In this document: in pieces, positions 53,780-63,718 of the stretch
Numbering within the stretch: the stretch's first letter is position 1
How the letters are laid out: every line of letters starts with the position of its first letter
Sequence record: NC_048016.1
Reading direction: 5' to 3' (one strand)
DNA: 64,000 nucleotides
Translations under genes and position numbers: made by a program
The notes under the pieces: generated by a model
What the model saw: the letters and a program-made list of their open reading frames with translations, nothing else
Told to the model about the DNA's origin: nothing
Databases searched by the model: none

Positions 53780-54700
53780 ATGTCTTTACCTTTAGTCGTT
53801 ATCGAGCAACTGGCCCGTACCCTGCGTAACCGCGAAACCACCATCGCCCTGCAAGCCATGAACGCCTATACCCGTATCGCACGTCGTGCGCTGCTGGCCG
53901 TGGGTCAGTTCACTGCCGTCGACGCCATGGAAGTTTACACCAGCCGTGTCCATGACGTGCTGCCACTGCCGTTTGCTGAGCACACCTTCTCTGATGACCA
54001 CTCTTACGTCAAGTTCGATTCCCACCATCTGGTACCCAACGACGGTGTACGCACCGGCCCGGTTGAGTGGATGATTGTTGCCCGTGGTGACCTCGGTGTG
54101 AGCTATGTGCTGGCTGCGCAAGACCCGCATGTTTTCAATCCGGGTGAGCTGGTTGCGCCAATCGACTTGGCGGCGTACGAACGTGAAACCCCAGTCAAGT
54201 ACAACAACCTGATTCTGGCGTCGAACGTTGCCATCTACATCATTGATAGCTGGGCAGATGCCGCAGTGATTCTGAACGGCCTGTTCAACCCGGTCGGTAA
54301 CGAACAGTTCACCATTGACGTTACGGTGGATATTGCGCCAAAAGAACCAGAGCAGACCACCGCCGAACTGACGCTGCCGGGCACGCATGTGCATCCAAAC
54401 GGCGTCTCTATTCTGGGTGGCGTGCAGAAGAGCAGCGGTGTGACGATTGATCTGCCAGAAGACTTCACCGCAGAGCAACGCGGTCTGGTAATCGAATACG
54501 TTGAATCGTTGGCGGCTAAAACTTCTGCGCCGGCCGATGAGAAAGACGCCGCAGTGGATGCGCTGGTTAGCCGCCTGTACACCCTGTACGGTGCGGACTT
54601 CCGTAAACTGCTGGGTCGTATTGACGGTAACGTGTCGGATATCAAAATCCGCAAAGCGTTCAAAGACTACTTCGTTGCGAAGTGGAACCTGAACAAATAA
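53780..54700 (+). CDS. hypothetical protein
   Basis: 306 aa; RBS AAGGA; high-expression-type codon usage. Confidence 0.75.
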   Translation: MSLPLVVIEQLARTLRNRETTIALQAMNAYTRIARRALLAVGQFTAVDAMEVYTSRVHDVLPLPFAEHTFSDDHSYVKFDSHHLVPNDGVRTGPVEWMIVARGDLGVSYVLAAQDPHVFNPGELVAPIDLAAYERETPVKYNNLILASNVAIYIIDSWADAAVILNGLFNPVGNEQFTIDVTVDIAPKEPEQTTAELTLPGTHVHPNGVSILGGVQKSSGVTIDLPEDFTAEQRGLVIEYVESLAAKTSAPADEKDAAVDALVSRLYTLYGADFRKLLGRIDGNVSDIKIRKAFKDYFVAKWNLNK

Positions 54701-54752
54701 AATAAAGGTGACCCACTCCTTCGGGAGTGGGCACTGCCTTTCTTATTTTTTT
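54701..54752. terminator. bidirectional terminator (UUCG loop)
   Basis: CCCACTCC-TTCG-GGAGTGGG between convergent genes. Confidence 0.8.
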
Positions 54753-55378
54753 GCCTCGGGAGCGTTCTCGGCATTAGCAGCAACAATCGCCATCAGGCTA
54801 TCATTGAGCTTTTGCAGTTCGGCATTACGAGACAAGGCATTCTCCAGTTGCTCAGACAGCGGAATCGTTTCGCGAATCCGGGCTTTGCGTTCAGCTTCCA
54901 TACGTACGTGGTCTTCATCACTGATAACCCCCTCGTACGCAAGCGTGGTCACACTGGCGGTGACCTGCACACCCAATCCCTTTGCCAACACAGCCACAGC
55001 ATCGGCATTCATCGCATTGATATCCACGTAGTCCGGTACCGGGCCACAATCCCACACCAACACATTCCTTACGTAACTGACCCCGGCAGCACCGGGGTAG
55101 GTTTCGATGTAGGTATCGGGGATAAACACCAACTGTCCGTCATTGGACTTAAAGGTGATTATCGAGGCCCCGACTTTGGCATCCTCCAAGTAATCGCTGT
55201 TGCTGATTCCCAGCGGGGCGTAATACTTGGCGTACGGGTCTTCGTTACGGCGCACCACGTCAGCGAAGTTCGAGATGGCATCCACCCGGAACATCACATC
55301 TTGCGGTAAACTAAACGGGGTGTTGACTTTAAAGATACCCTCGGTGTTTACCGGGGGCGTCAAGGGTATACGCGCCAT
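54743..55378 (-). CDS. putative virion structural protein
   Basis: 211 aa; RBS GGGAGG; co-transcribed with the 460-aa gene; C-terminal coiled coil. Confidence 0.55.
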   Translation of the reverse strand: MARIPLTPPVNTEGIFKVNTPFSLPQDVMFRVDAISNFADVVRRNEDPYAKYYAPLGISNSDYLEDAKVGASIITFKSNDGQLVFIPDTYIETYPGAAGVSYVRNVLVWDCGPVPDYVDINAMNADAVAVLAKGLGVQVTASVTTLAYEGVISDEDHVRMEAERKARIRETIPLSEQLENALSRNAELQKLNDSLMAIVAANAENAPEAKK

Positions 55379-55388
55379 TTAGCCTCCC

Positions 55389-56771
55389 TTAGCTATTGGT
55401 GGGTGCAGCAGGTGTACCCCAGACCGCTTTGCGGGCGACGATACGATACTCCACGTTCTGGTATTCGAACACAAAGAAGTAGAGTGCCGGGTCCGTGTCG
55501 TCCACGAGTTTCACCACATCCAACGGCGTGTCGTACGGGTGGTATTCTTCGGCCGCAACCAGTGCTTGGAAGAACAGCTTCAGCCACTCCGTTGTGTTCT
55601 TCGACACACGAGCAATATCTGCGTTCTGGGTAGAGATAAGTGCGTAGTCAGGGATGACCTTGTTTAAGGTATCCTTGTCAATCGCATTCTCTGGCCCCGC
55701 AATCACTGCACATGACAGTGACTTATAAATGCTCGGGAAGAATTGCACATCGGTTGTCGGTTTCGGCAACTCGTTGGAATTTTTTTGTGCGACGGTTTGT
55801 GCGCCCCACTCACCAAACGCTGTAACGGCATCCGCAAGAAAATCATATGGGAGGATGGGCGAATACAATGCCGCAATGTCTTCTTCGTTGGGCACTCCTC
55901 GGATGGCCCAACCCGGCACGAACGTGAACTTGGTCGTGGTGAAGATTTCTGGAAACACTTTCACCCAATCCGACACCGGGTAGTCAGAGTTCTCGAGGAT
56001 GTACTCTCGCAGTGCCTCTTTCTGCTTGGTCGGATTTAGCCCCGCACGACCATAGATGAGTAGGGAGATGGGGACCAACAACGTTGCATCGTAGTCCTCA
56101 CGATCGTGCCATGTATAATTATGGGTCACCAGTGCGGTGTACGGGTAGCCGGCCGCACGGGCATTGATGGCATTATGATGGTCGGGTAAGTTAAACGCCT
56201 CCATCGCTTTCGCCACCGCAGATTTGACACCCATGAACACATCCACCGGTGAGATGGGCATTTGGGGATAAATCTCACAACCGGTGTAGTTCTGACTGAA
56301 GTCGGCATCGTCGAACCAAACGATAATGGTGTTATCCACATCGCTTGGGTCTTCTACCCCCGACGCCGTGACTTCTAATTTCCAGCTGACCCAACGCGGG
56401 AACCAGTTCGAGCCCGAGGCAATCATGGAACCCGATTGAACATCGCCAATCGTGGTACTGAATTGACCTAACAGGAGACGCTGGAATTCAACTTCATCAT
56501 TTTTGAAGTTACCATTAATGGACTGGGTGTAAATCCATTGACTCAAAGTTAAGATGTGGTCTGAAAAGACCGAAGGAACAGTGATCGTTGTTTTGTCACG
56601 CTTCGATGTGAAGGAAACCAACTCCACCTGAAGGCCTGCTTTGGTGAAGTATTGTTTGCTGCGCGCGAAGGAATGTGACAGTTCTGACAGCTCGCCCACG
56701 ACCGCTGTCTGACCGGGTTCGTTGTTAATTAGCGCCCCGATTTGGATAAAGCCTTGTATATCTAAACTCAT
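55389..56771 (-). CDS. putative virion structural protein
   Basis: 460 aa; resembles conserved jumbo-phage structural proteins in my recollection (not verified). Confidence 0.55.
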   Translation of the reverse strand: MSLDIQGFIQIGALINNEPGQTAVVGELSELSHSFARSKQYFTKAGLQVELVSFTSKRDKTTITVPSVFSDHILTLSQWIYTQSINGNFKNDEVEFQRLLLGQFSTTIGDVQSGSMIASGSNWFPRWVSWKLEVTASGVEDPSDVDNTIIVWFDDADFSQNYTGCEIYPQMPISPVDVFMGVKSAVAKAMEAFNLPDHHNAINARAAGYPYTALVTHNYTWHDREDYDATLLVPISLLIYGRAGLNPTKQKEALREYILENSDYPVSDWVKVFPEIFTTTKFTFVPGWAIRGVPNEEDIAALYSPILPYDFLADAVTAFGEWGAQTVAQKNSNELPKPTTDVQFFPSIYKSLSCAVIAGPENAIDKDTLNKVIPDYALISTQNADIARVSKNTTEWLKLFFQALVAAEEYHPYDTPLDVVKLVDDTDPALYFFVFEYQNVEYRIVARKAVWGTPAAPTNS

Positions 56772-56795
56772 TATAAAAATACCTCGAGGTGAGCA

Positions 56796-57296
56796 ATGTT
56801 AGCATCACTGTTAAAATTACTTCCAATCTTGCAGTTGCTGATGGAAGTCTTTCGGCCGGGTGACGGTGAGAAGGTTACCCGCACAGCAAAAATTACTTCA
56901 CTTGCAATGACGTTAATCTTGGTCTATTCCGGCTTCGTCTCGTACCTGTACTTCCAGCAGTATCATTTACTGGTGCAGGTGCGCGAGCACGATCGCTACA
57001 TGGCGACCGGATACGACGAGAAAAAAGGCCTGGCTGACAAGCAGGCCGATGACATAAGAGACCTGTACAGGCAACTGTTTGTCTGCTTGGGCAAGGAGCC
57101 ATATGATAGTTCGAAGAGTGCACCTGTAACGATGTCTACCATGCCCCCACCTCCGGTGGTTGCGCCCGAAGTGCCGGTTCACTCAGACCCAGCACCCGTA
57201 AAGAAGCGCGAAGCAGCCAAACGCCCCGTTGGGGTGGCTGAGACCAACATGTTTCGTCAATCCATAATCGACCATCTCAATGGGGAAATAAAATGA
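56796..57296 (+). CDS. membrane-anchored protein, i-spanin candidate
   Basis: TM segment near the N-terminus, short coiled coil, Pro-rich linker. Confidence 0.5.
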   Translation: MLASLLKLLPILQLLMEVFRPGDGEKVTRTAKITSLAMTLILVYSGFVSYLYFQQYHLLVQVREHDRYMATGYDEKKGLADKQADDIRDLYRQLFVCLGKEPYDSSKSAPVTMSTMPPPPVVAPEVPVHSDPAPVKKREAAKRPVGVAETNMFRQSIIDHLNGEIK

Positions 57297-57763
57297 AACC
57301 TTTCTGTCTGGGGGCACTCCTGCTGTTGTTGGCAGGCTGTGTCCCTCACGACAAAGGTACCCCGCTGCAACCGCAGCGGGCATGGCCGACGAGGCAGCTA
57401 GACAGCCCACCAGTGGCCGCGAAATATCCTTTGGGTAACGACGATCAGAAAGCGTTTGAGACATATGTTATCGACGTGAACATCTATGCGTATTATGTCT
57501 ACACGTACGCACGTAACCTTAACGAATATGTCGCCGCGCGTGGTTGGCATCCACCTCGGGTCGCACCTTTGTGTGAAGAGTTTGAAACACCGGACCTCCA
57601 TCCGATTCCAGACCGCATTACGCTTGACCGCAACTCACGAACCCCGGAGCAGATTAGTCAGGACATCGCTAATCAGTTTCGTCAAATTCTTGAGAACTAC
57701 CGGGCAGACCGTAAGGCGTTTCGGCATAACTTCTCACAGCACGAGCAGACTTGTTTAAACTAA
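57293..57763 (+). CDS. lipoprotein, o-spanin candidate
   Basis: MKPFCLGALLLLLAGC lipobox; ATGA overlap with the upstream TM gene. Confidence 0.55.
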   Translation: MKPFCLGALLLLLAGCVPHDKGTPLQPQRAWPTRQLDSPPVAAKYPLGNDDQKAFETYVIDVNIYAYYVYTYARNLNEYVAARGWHPPRVAPLCEEFETPDLHPIPDRITLDRNSRTPEQISQDIANQFRQILENYRADRKAFRHNFSQHEQTCLN

Positions 57764-57769
57764 GCGTAT

Positions 57770-57810
57770 CCTCCACCTCCTTCGGGCGGTGGAGGGTATC
57801 TTTTATTTTA
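57770..57810 (+). terminator. rho-independent terminator (UUCG loop)
   Basis: CCTCCACC.CC-TTCG-GG.GGTGGAGG plus a T-rich tract. Confidence 0.75.
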
Positions 57811-57838
57811 CATCATCAACATTTCTAATGTATATCCA

Positions 57839-58552
57839 ATGGAGCGCAAAATAATGCAAAACGTAGTTATCCCCTCAATTGTAGTAGGCACAGACGTTGA
57901 AACCAAGTCGTTACGACCGGATGCGTATATCCTGAGTATTGGCTTGGCTGCGTTCGATATCGCAACTCTGCGCCTAATTGGGGCGTCGTATCAGGCCATC
58001 GATCCTAACGATGCAGACGCCGATCGTGTCTTCCATACTGACCCTGCAACTATCGGTTGGTGGGAAGGTAAAGATAATCCGGACTATGCTCCGTCTGAAG
58101 CCGCTCGCAAAGAAGCGTTCTCAGGCACCACGAACATCAAAGATGCACTTTGGACGGCTAAGAAGTTCCTCGACGATTTGGGGAATAAGCCGATCGTATT
58201 GGCTATGCGTGGCCCAGACTTTGATTCACCGATTTTGATGAACGCCTTCGCCCAGTGCGATGTGCCACCGGGTAAGTTCCGTAAGTTTTCTATGCTGGAC
58301 TCTGACCGTACCACAGAACGTCTGGCACATGCGTTTGGTCTGCAACCGGATATGGAAGCAGAAGCCCACAACTGGACACGCGGCAAAGACTTCGTCCTGC
58401 ACCACTCAGGTTTCGATGCTGCTAAAGAAGGGTATCTGACGGCACGTTTCTATCACCTTGCGCTAGTTGCGCGTACGCACGGTTTCCCGCGCATGCTGGA
58501 AGCTCACGAGCAAATGCGTACCGGTGAGTACATCCCGACGATGTTCCTGTAA
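57839..58552 (+). CDS. DEDDh 3'-5' exonuclease (DnaQ/ExoVIII-like)
   Basis: GTDVETKSL..DAYILSIG (ExoI), GPDFD (ExoII), HHSGFDA (ExoIII). Confidence 0.8.
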   Translation: MERKIMQNVVIPSIVVGTDVETKSLRPDAYILSIGLAAFDIATLRLIGASYQAIDPNDADADRVFHTDPATIGWWEGKDNPDYAPSEAARKEAFSGTTNIKDALWTAKKFLDDLGNKPIVLAMRGPDFDSPILMNAFAQCDVPPGKFRKFSMLDSDRTTERLAHAFGLQPDMEAEAHNWTRGKDFVLHHSGFDAAKEGYLTARFYHLALVARTHGFPRMLEAHEQMRTGEYIPTMFL

Positions 58553-58562
58553 GAGAGGATTA

Positions 58563-60083
58563 ATGAAAGAGTACGACGTCGCCGTGCTATACACGGACGG
58601 GAGTCACACCACTGCCCCCTTAGGTTCGGGGGCGGGTATTCATGGCTACCTGTACAATAAAGCTGATTTTAAATCAGAACGTGGCTATTTCGCCGACGGG
58701 GTACCGGAGGCGGTTACGCCAGAAGAGTACCAAATCATTTCGCAGGCGGAGAAATTGCCTGCTATGCCTGAGGGCTTAGTCGAATGGGTTAACTGCACGA
58801 TTCCTGTACCCAAAGAACAATTCTCGGATGTCGGTGAACTGGTGGCCTTTATCTCGGCCTTTGATGGTGCACCGTTTAAGGCAAAGAAATACGTTATCCA
58901 CGTGGATGCGACCTACGTACTGAACTCCTTCAATAAGTGGCTGGAAGGTTGGGCCAGTCGGGGTTGGTTACGGGCTGACGGGACACCGGTTGCGAACCTC
59001 AAACTGATGCAGCGTATCTGGGAGCTCAAACAGGGCTTCAAGAAAGACGGCATCTCAGTTAAGGTCGTGAAGATTAAAGGGCACTCTGACCGCTACGGCA
59101 ACGACCAAGCGGATAAGATGGCCCGTCTTGGTTCGACTATGACGGCGACGTTTGAGAATGTGGAGTATCGCCCATTCTGGACAACCGAAGAGATGCCTGC
59201 GAAGGAAGAGAAAGAGCAGGCAGTCGATGTTGGTATCAATCTCTCTTTACTGCCGGCTATCAACACGCAGAAGTTCCACTACGTGCAGGTGAATGAACCC
59301 CACCCGATGTGCACCGTGAACGGCGAGCAGTGGTATTATCTGTCCTCAGGCAACCATGCCAAAGACAAAGACGATATCGTGCTGCTTGGGAAGATGATTC
59401 CCGATGCGATGTTCTCGGTGACCTTTGCTAAGAAACCGTGGGAGAACCTTTACTTCCTCGCCAACGCCCATGCCAACACCGCGTGGCAGGACACCCCGGC
59501 ACTGAAGCGGTTTGACCCGATTGCGATCATCACCGGTGATTTCCTGAAGCGTAAGAAGTTTCAGGAGGCGTGCAAGGAGGGAATACCGATTGAGCGCATG
59601 ACCTTCTCAGAAGACCGCAACGTGTGGTTCTTTGAGGACTTGGCCATCAGTCGTATTCTGCGCCCTGCGCTGCTGTCGTATCGGGCGATTGGTTTTCGTG
59701 ACGAACTGGCTCAGATGCTGAAGTCGGTCATGCAAAAGGAAGCGCATATCGTTTTAAACGACATCACCGATCTTCTCTTTGATGAGAAGGGGAAACCTTC
59801 CAAAGAGGTCTACCGTAACGTTGATAAGTCGTTTGAGATTCAGGCGAAGATTCCCTTCAACGACACGCAAACCATTCCCATCATCCTGACGCGAGGTATT
59901 GACCTACCGCAACGTACCGACATTAACCGCATCAAAGAACCCACTGGTCGCTTCTACGTGGCTTGCTGGCGTCCTGAGGAGCGTTACGTGCGTTATGCAG
60001 TGATTTATCTCGGGGAAGAGTATAACGGGTTATGGATAGCCTACTACGCTGCAAACCGCATCCTGCCGACTGACATTAAGTGA
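58563..60083 (+). CDS. rnhA: ribonuclease HI with long C-terminal extension
   Basis: LYTDGS, GEL.AF, HVDATYV, W..RGW, KIKGHSDRYGNDQADKMA; start MKEYDV with RBS AGAGGA. Confidence 0.9.
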   Translation: MKEYDVAVLYTDGSHTTAPLGSGAGIHGYLYNKADFKSERGYFADGVPEAVTPEEYQIISQAEKLPAMPEGLVEWVNCTIPVPKEQFSDVGELVAFISAFDGAPFKAKKYVIHVDATYVLNSFNKWLEGWASRGWLRADGTPVANLKLMQRIWELKQGFKKDGISVKVVKIKGHSDRYGNDQADKMARLGSTMTATFENVEYRPFWTTEEMPAKEEKEQAVDVGINLSLLPAINTQKFHYVQVNEPHPMCTVNGEQWYYLSSGNHAKDKDDIVLLGKMIPDAMFSVTFAKKPWENLYFLANAHANTAWQDTPALKRFDPIAIITGDFLKRKKFQEACKEGIPIERMTFSEDRNVWFFEDLAISRILRPALLSYRAIGFRDELAQMLKSVMQKEAHIVLNDITDLLFDEKGKPSKEVYRNVDKSFEIQAKIPFNDTQTIPIILTRGIDLPQRTDINRIKEPTGRFYVACWRPEERYVRYAVIYLGEEYNGLWIAYYAANRILPTDIK

Positions 60084-60090
60084 GGTCTTT

Positions 60091-60828
60091 ATGCTGCGTG
60101 TTTTTAGTCACGTATTGACGCTACACAGCGACAAGTTAGTTGAAGCCTTGGCCGAGTATTACGCACTGACGTTTTACCGCTACGGCAAAGCCATGAAGCT
60201 TACCCCAACGGAGCAGAAGGCGATTGAGGAAACCACCACTGCGGCAGCGCGGTGGATGGTGGCCAACATCCTGCTGGAAGGGATAGCGCTGGCAAACGCC
60301 CGGACACATCTCTCGCCGTCATTGAAAAGCTTCGATGTTTATGGCGATGCGATGGCTGATTACTTCACCGACCCCGCGTTAGAGAACCACCTGTCGCCGA
60401 GTGTGACCGTGGGTGAGTTCTTTGCCCACATCGTTTCTACCCGACCCCTCTCGGCGTTGCTGGAAGGGGCGATGAAATGGTTCGTCGATCAGTTCATGGA
60501 CGAGGTGTATAACCTGCTGGGGAAAGACTCCTTCTCGATTGATAAGTACACGGGTATCTACATGACCCGCGACATGCTTATCAAGCAGATGGAAAACCAT
60601 AAGGTTATCCTGCCGTTCATTGAGCCGTTGGAGTGGACGTTCATTGCCATCGTCAAATGTGAAGATGCGCATGAAGCAGTGCTGGGTCTCGACCACGCGT
60701 TTGTCGTGCAGGGCGATGCGTTTATCCTGCCGGAAACTTTCCCCACCATGATTGCCCCCGTGCCGGGTGAGGATGTCGAAGTCTACGAGCTTCTGCCCCG
60801 TATCGTTGAGGAGCTGAAAAAGCTTTAA
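60091..60828 (+). CDS. hypothetical protein
   Basis: 245 aa; RBS GAGG. Confidence 0.7.
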   Translation: MLRVFSHVLTLHSDKLVEALAEYYALTFYRYGKAMKLTPTEQKAIEETTTAAARWMVANILLEGIALANARTHLSPSLKSFDVYGDAMADYFTDPALENHLSPSVTVGEFFAHIVSTRPLSALLEGAMKWFVDQFMDEVYNLLGKDSFSIDKYTGIYMTRDMLIKQMENHKVILPFIEPLEWTFIAIVKCEDAHEAVLGLDHAFVVQGDAFILPETFPTMIAPVPGEDVEVYELLPRIVEELKKL

Positions 60829-60847
60829 GATAGATATTATCTCCGTG
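60828..60847 (+). promoter_or_regulatory. candidate early promoter (copy 4)
   Basis: AGATAGATATTATCTCCGTG. Confidence 0.6.
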
Positions 60848-60868
60848 GTAAATCGTTAGGAGTCATTT

Positions 60869-61588
60869 ATGTTACGTGTGGTTATGCCCGAACTCTTTCA
60901 GTTTACAACGCCTACCGCGACGAAGCTGTTTGAGAAGATATGGGATCGCTACTGCCCGGAGAAGCTTGCTACTCGACCTGAACTGTGGGTACGCCGAGAT
61001 GAGTTCTATCTGGGCGCTTTCCCACTGTTCGTTAAAACGTTTGCAGTGGCCATTACCGGGATGTTGGATGCGGTCAACCTTGGTCGTGATTTTGACATTC
61101 ACGAGTTGGAATTTAGCTACGAGGATATTTATAACGATTATCAGCATGAGGAATTCGACGGTGAGATGGAAGGGGAAGTGTTACTCTTCATGAACTTCGT
61201 CGAAGGTGTGTTGGGTGAGAAGGACAAGTTCTTAAACGAGCTGGCGGATAAACTGACAGGGGCGTATCAGAACCTGTTGGCACTGCGCAAGCAACACGAC
61301 ATCGTTGGCTTTTGGCTGGATGTCTATTCGATGGACATGCGCATCTGGGAAGACAACCCGTCGGTGTTCGCTATTCAGAACGGGGACTTTGAACCGCAGT
61401 GGCATGACCGTTACACCACCGGCCCCGGCAGTATGTTCTACGAGCTTTCAAAAGACGACGGTATGGAGTTCTACCTGTGGATGGATTGCATCGTGGCCGA
61501 GTCGCCACGCATCACGATTCCCGAAGGCGAACCGGTAACGTTGTGTCATTTAACCCATGAAGCCATTGCCTTTATGGAACCCGTCTAA
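60869..61588 (+). CDS. hypothetical protein (acidic)
   Basis: 239 aa; RBS AGGAG. Confidence 0.7.
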   Translation: MLRVVMPELFQFTTPTATKLFEKIWDRYCPEKLATRPELWVRRDEFYLGAFPLFVKTFAVAITGMLDAVNLGRDFDIHELEFSYEDIYNDYQHEEFDGEMEGEVLLFMNFVEGVLGEKDKFLNELADKLTGAYQNLLALRKQHDIVGFWLDVYSMDMRIWEDNPSVFAIQNGDFEPQWHDRYTTGPGSMFYELSKDDGMEFYLWMDCIVAESPRITIPEGEPVTLCHLTHEAIAFMEPV

Positions 61589-61610
61589 AATAAATCGTAA
61601 GGAGTAATAC

Positions 61611-61991
61611 ATGAAACTGAATGACCTGATTGCAACGATGATCAAAACCAGTCGGAAGAACACCACTTTTGAGGGGGGGCTGATTCTCCTCACGGTTGAC
61701 CAGAATGCCGAGCCGCTAGTGCGCCTCCAACTTCCGGACGCGCTGGTCGCGGAACCCAACGATCGTGGTCTGCTGCGTACCCTGCGTGAGGACAGTGTGC
61801 GTGACCGTACTGATTGGCCGCGGGTTGTGGTGTGGTGTCACAATCCGCACATCTCCCTTGGTAATGAAGCTGACATTGTGCTTCACGTCTGGAAGGATGG
61901 CGACGATGTCAAAGTTCGCTGCGAGAAGTTCCGCAGCCTGATGGACCGCCCAAGCGATGTGTGGACACTCGGGGAAGAAGCTACCGCGTAA
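61611..61991 (+). CDS. hypothetical protein
   Basis: 126 aa; RBS AAGGAG. Confidence 0.7.
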   Translation: MKLNDLIATMIKTSRKNTTFEGGLILLTVDQNAEPLVRLQLPDALVAEPNDRGLLRTLREDSVRDRTDWPRVVVWCHNPHISLGNEADIVLHVWKDGDDVKVRCEKFRSLMDRPSDVWTLGEEATA

Positions 61992-62003
61992 CCTGATTGA
62001 GGA

Positions 62004-62450
62004 GTGGTGATGTTAACCGTTCAAAGCGAAACACTGATGAACGTGGATAGGCTCTTCCTCCGTAAGTACGATAAGATAATCGCCGCCGAGCCCCTTAACT
62101 GGACCCGTGTGGCGGTTAAATATTTTTTAATGCGTACGGTACTGGGCGATCGGGATATTGCAGGTGAGGAGTTGGTGACAGCAGTCCAAGAAACCAAAGC
62201 CTGCTGGGTGGAGGCCGGTCTACCTGATATCAGTTGGTTTCGGGTAAACCAGTTCTTGCTTTACCTCGGGCAGTTCTCGCAGCATCCCATCCACGCACTT
62301 AACCACGAGCTGCAACGTATGCTCGAACAGAATTACGTTGAAATACAATACAGTGCCCACAATCTGGTCTTCAATCAGTATCAGGTTGTTCGCGCAACTG
62401 ACTTGTTGATGTCCCATGCATTATTGGAGCCTTTCAATGCAGCAAGTTAA
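62004..62450 (+). CDS. hypothetical protein
   Basis: 148 aa; RBS GAGGAG. Confidence 0.65.
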   Translation: MVMLTVQSETLMNVDRLFLRKYDKIIAAEPLNWTRVAVKYFLMRTVLGDRDIAGEELVTAVQETKACWVEAGLPDISWFRVNQFLLYLGQFSQHPIHALNHELQRMLEQNYVEIQYSAHNLVFNQYQVVRATDLLMSHALLEPFNAAS

Positions 62451-63069
62451 GATGCACATCCTCATGTCGTTGGAATCTTATCTCAAAGGTCTGTCGTTTC
62501 ATGAGGAGGCCGTGAAAACTGCCTACCTTATTGTTGCAAGAGAAATCGCAAAGCAGGATTACATCGAAGATTGGGCACCCCTTTCCGGAATGTGGCAGGC
62601 GATGCGCTTTATTGTTCACGAGGGCGGCCTTGAACTCGCCTTGGCCGAAGAGTACGTCGAGCCGCGGATGGTGAAAAAAGTACGTCAGCTTCTCTTAGCT
62701 TTGATGGGGGACTTTGATAACTTTCCGCGACACTCCATGGATGTGAACCGCAGTTACCTCGGTAGCGTCAGTGAAGTGAAAGCCGCACTCGACATGCCGC
62801 TTGTGTTTGCGCGGGATGAAGACCTGCTGAATCACAACCTGTGGTTTGCCGGTTCCATGGAGAGTCCATGCTACGTGGAAGAGCGGGAGATTATCAGCTC
62901 AGAACAAGAGTGGGGTAATCTGGTTGTCAAATACCCACACGGTCCGTATATGTGGCGAGCCGATTGGGATGCGTTTGTACCGCGTGCTGACTCGATGCGT
63001 CACAAGCACGTTATGATTCTTGATGTTGAAGCAGAGCGTGAGCGTTTCTACGCGCTCTTTAAGGAGTAA
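62416..63069 (+). CDS. hypothetical protein
   Basis: Up to 217 aa; start probably MQQVK (RBS GGAG). Confidence 0.65.
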   Translation: MHYWSLSMQQVKMHILMSLESYLKGLSFHEEAVKTAYLIVAREIAKQDYIEDWAPLSGMWQAMRFIVHEGGLELALAEEYVEPRMVKKVRQLLLALMGDFDNFPRHSMDVNRSYLGSVSEVKAALDMPLVFARDEDLLNHNLWFAGSMESPCYVEEREIISSEQEWGNLVVKYPHGPYMWRADWDAFVPRADSMRHKHVMILDVEAERERFYALFKE

Positions 63070-63071
63070 CC

Positions 63072-63674
63072 ATGCAAGTCATTTTAAACATGGCTCTCGG
63101 TGAACAGGCTAACCAAATCAGCGAACTGATGGTCGACCTGCGTAAAGACCTGAACTTTGAGCTGCACGACATTATCAGTAAATACGAACGCAGTCTGCGC
63201 GAGGACACCGACAAAGTGCACCACGTTGTTGATGCTCCGAAGATTGTCGATGAGTTAACCGCGCTGATTGTTGACCAAGCCAAGGACGTGTTGCAAAAGA
63301 CGTTCACCATTGGCATCAACGGTTGGGACACCGTGGATGAGCTGGCCCTGCGGGTAGAAGAAGCGTTCACGAAGGGGGTAACGGACTTAGAAAGTTACGT
63401 GCACCTGAATGCCCACGAAACCTTTGTGGCCTGTGGCAACTCCGGTGAACGCACACTGACGTTCCAAATGGAATCGCTCCACGATCTCTTTGGGGCAACC
63501 GACACCATGAAGGTGGAAGGCATTGTGATGAAAGCCAAAGAGAAGGTTGGCATCCTTGCCCGTCAGGAAATGGAAACCCTTCTGAGCAAGCTCCAACTGT
63601 ACAAACTGACGCCAGAGCAAGTGGATGGTGTTCATGAGATGGGCCGTGGTGAAATGACCGTTAGTCGTTTCTAA
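63072..63674 (+). CDS. hypothetical protein
   Basis: 200 aa; RBS AAGGAG. Confidence 0.7.
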   Translation: MQVILNMALGEQANQISELMVDLRKDLNFELHDIISKYERSLREDTDKVHHVVDAPKIVDELTALIVDQAKDVLQKTFTIGINGWDTVDELALRVEEAFTKGVTDLESYVHLNAHETFVACGNSGERTLTFQMESLHDLFGATDTMKVEGIVMKAKEKVGILARQEMETLLSKLQLYKLTPEQVDGVHEMGRGEMTVSRF

Positions 63675-63718
63675 GAAAGGCGCAGTTAATAATCAACTTC
63701 AACGAGTAAGGATAAATC

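Noticed and set aside
11888-57810. Recurring CCCACTCC...GGAGTGGG hairpins (11888, 34547, 54712) as a mobile repeat family
   Set aside because: All sit right after stop codons with T- or A-runs and are adequately explained as related intrinsic terminators.
58467-58562. ORF-track upstream extensions (RNase H from 58467; likewise 11289, 11275, 36905, 53129, 47979)
   Set aside because: Downstream ATG or GTG codons have clear Shine-Dalgarno sequences, and the extensions overlap other genes or terminators.
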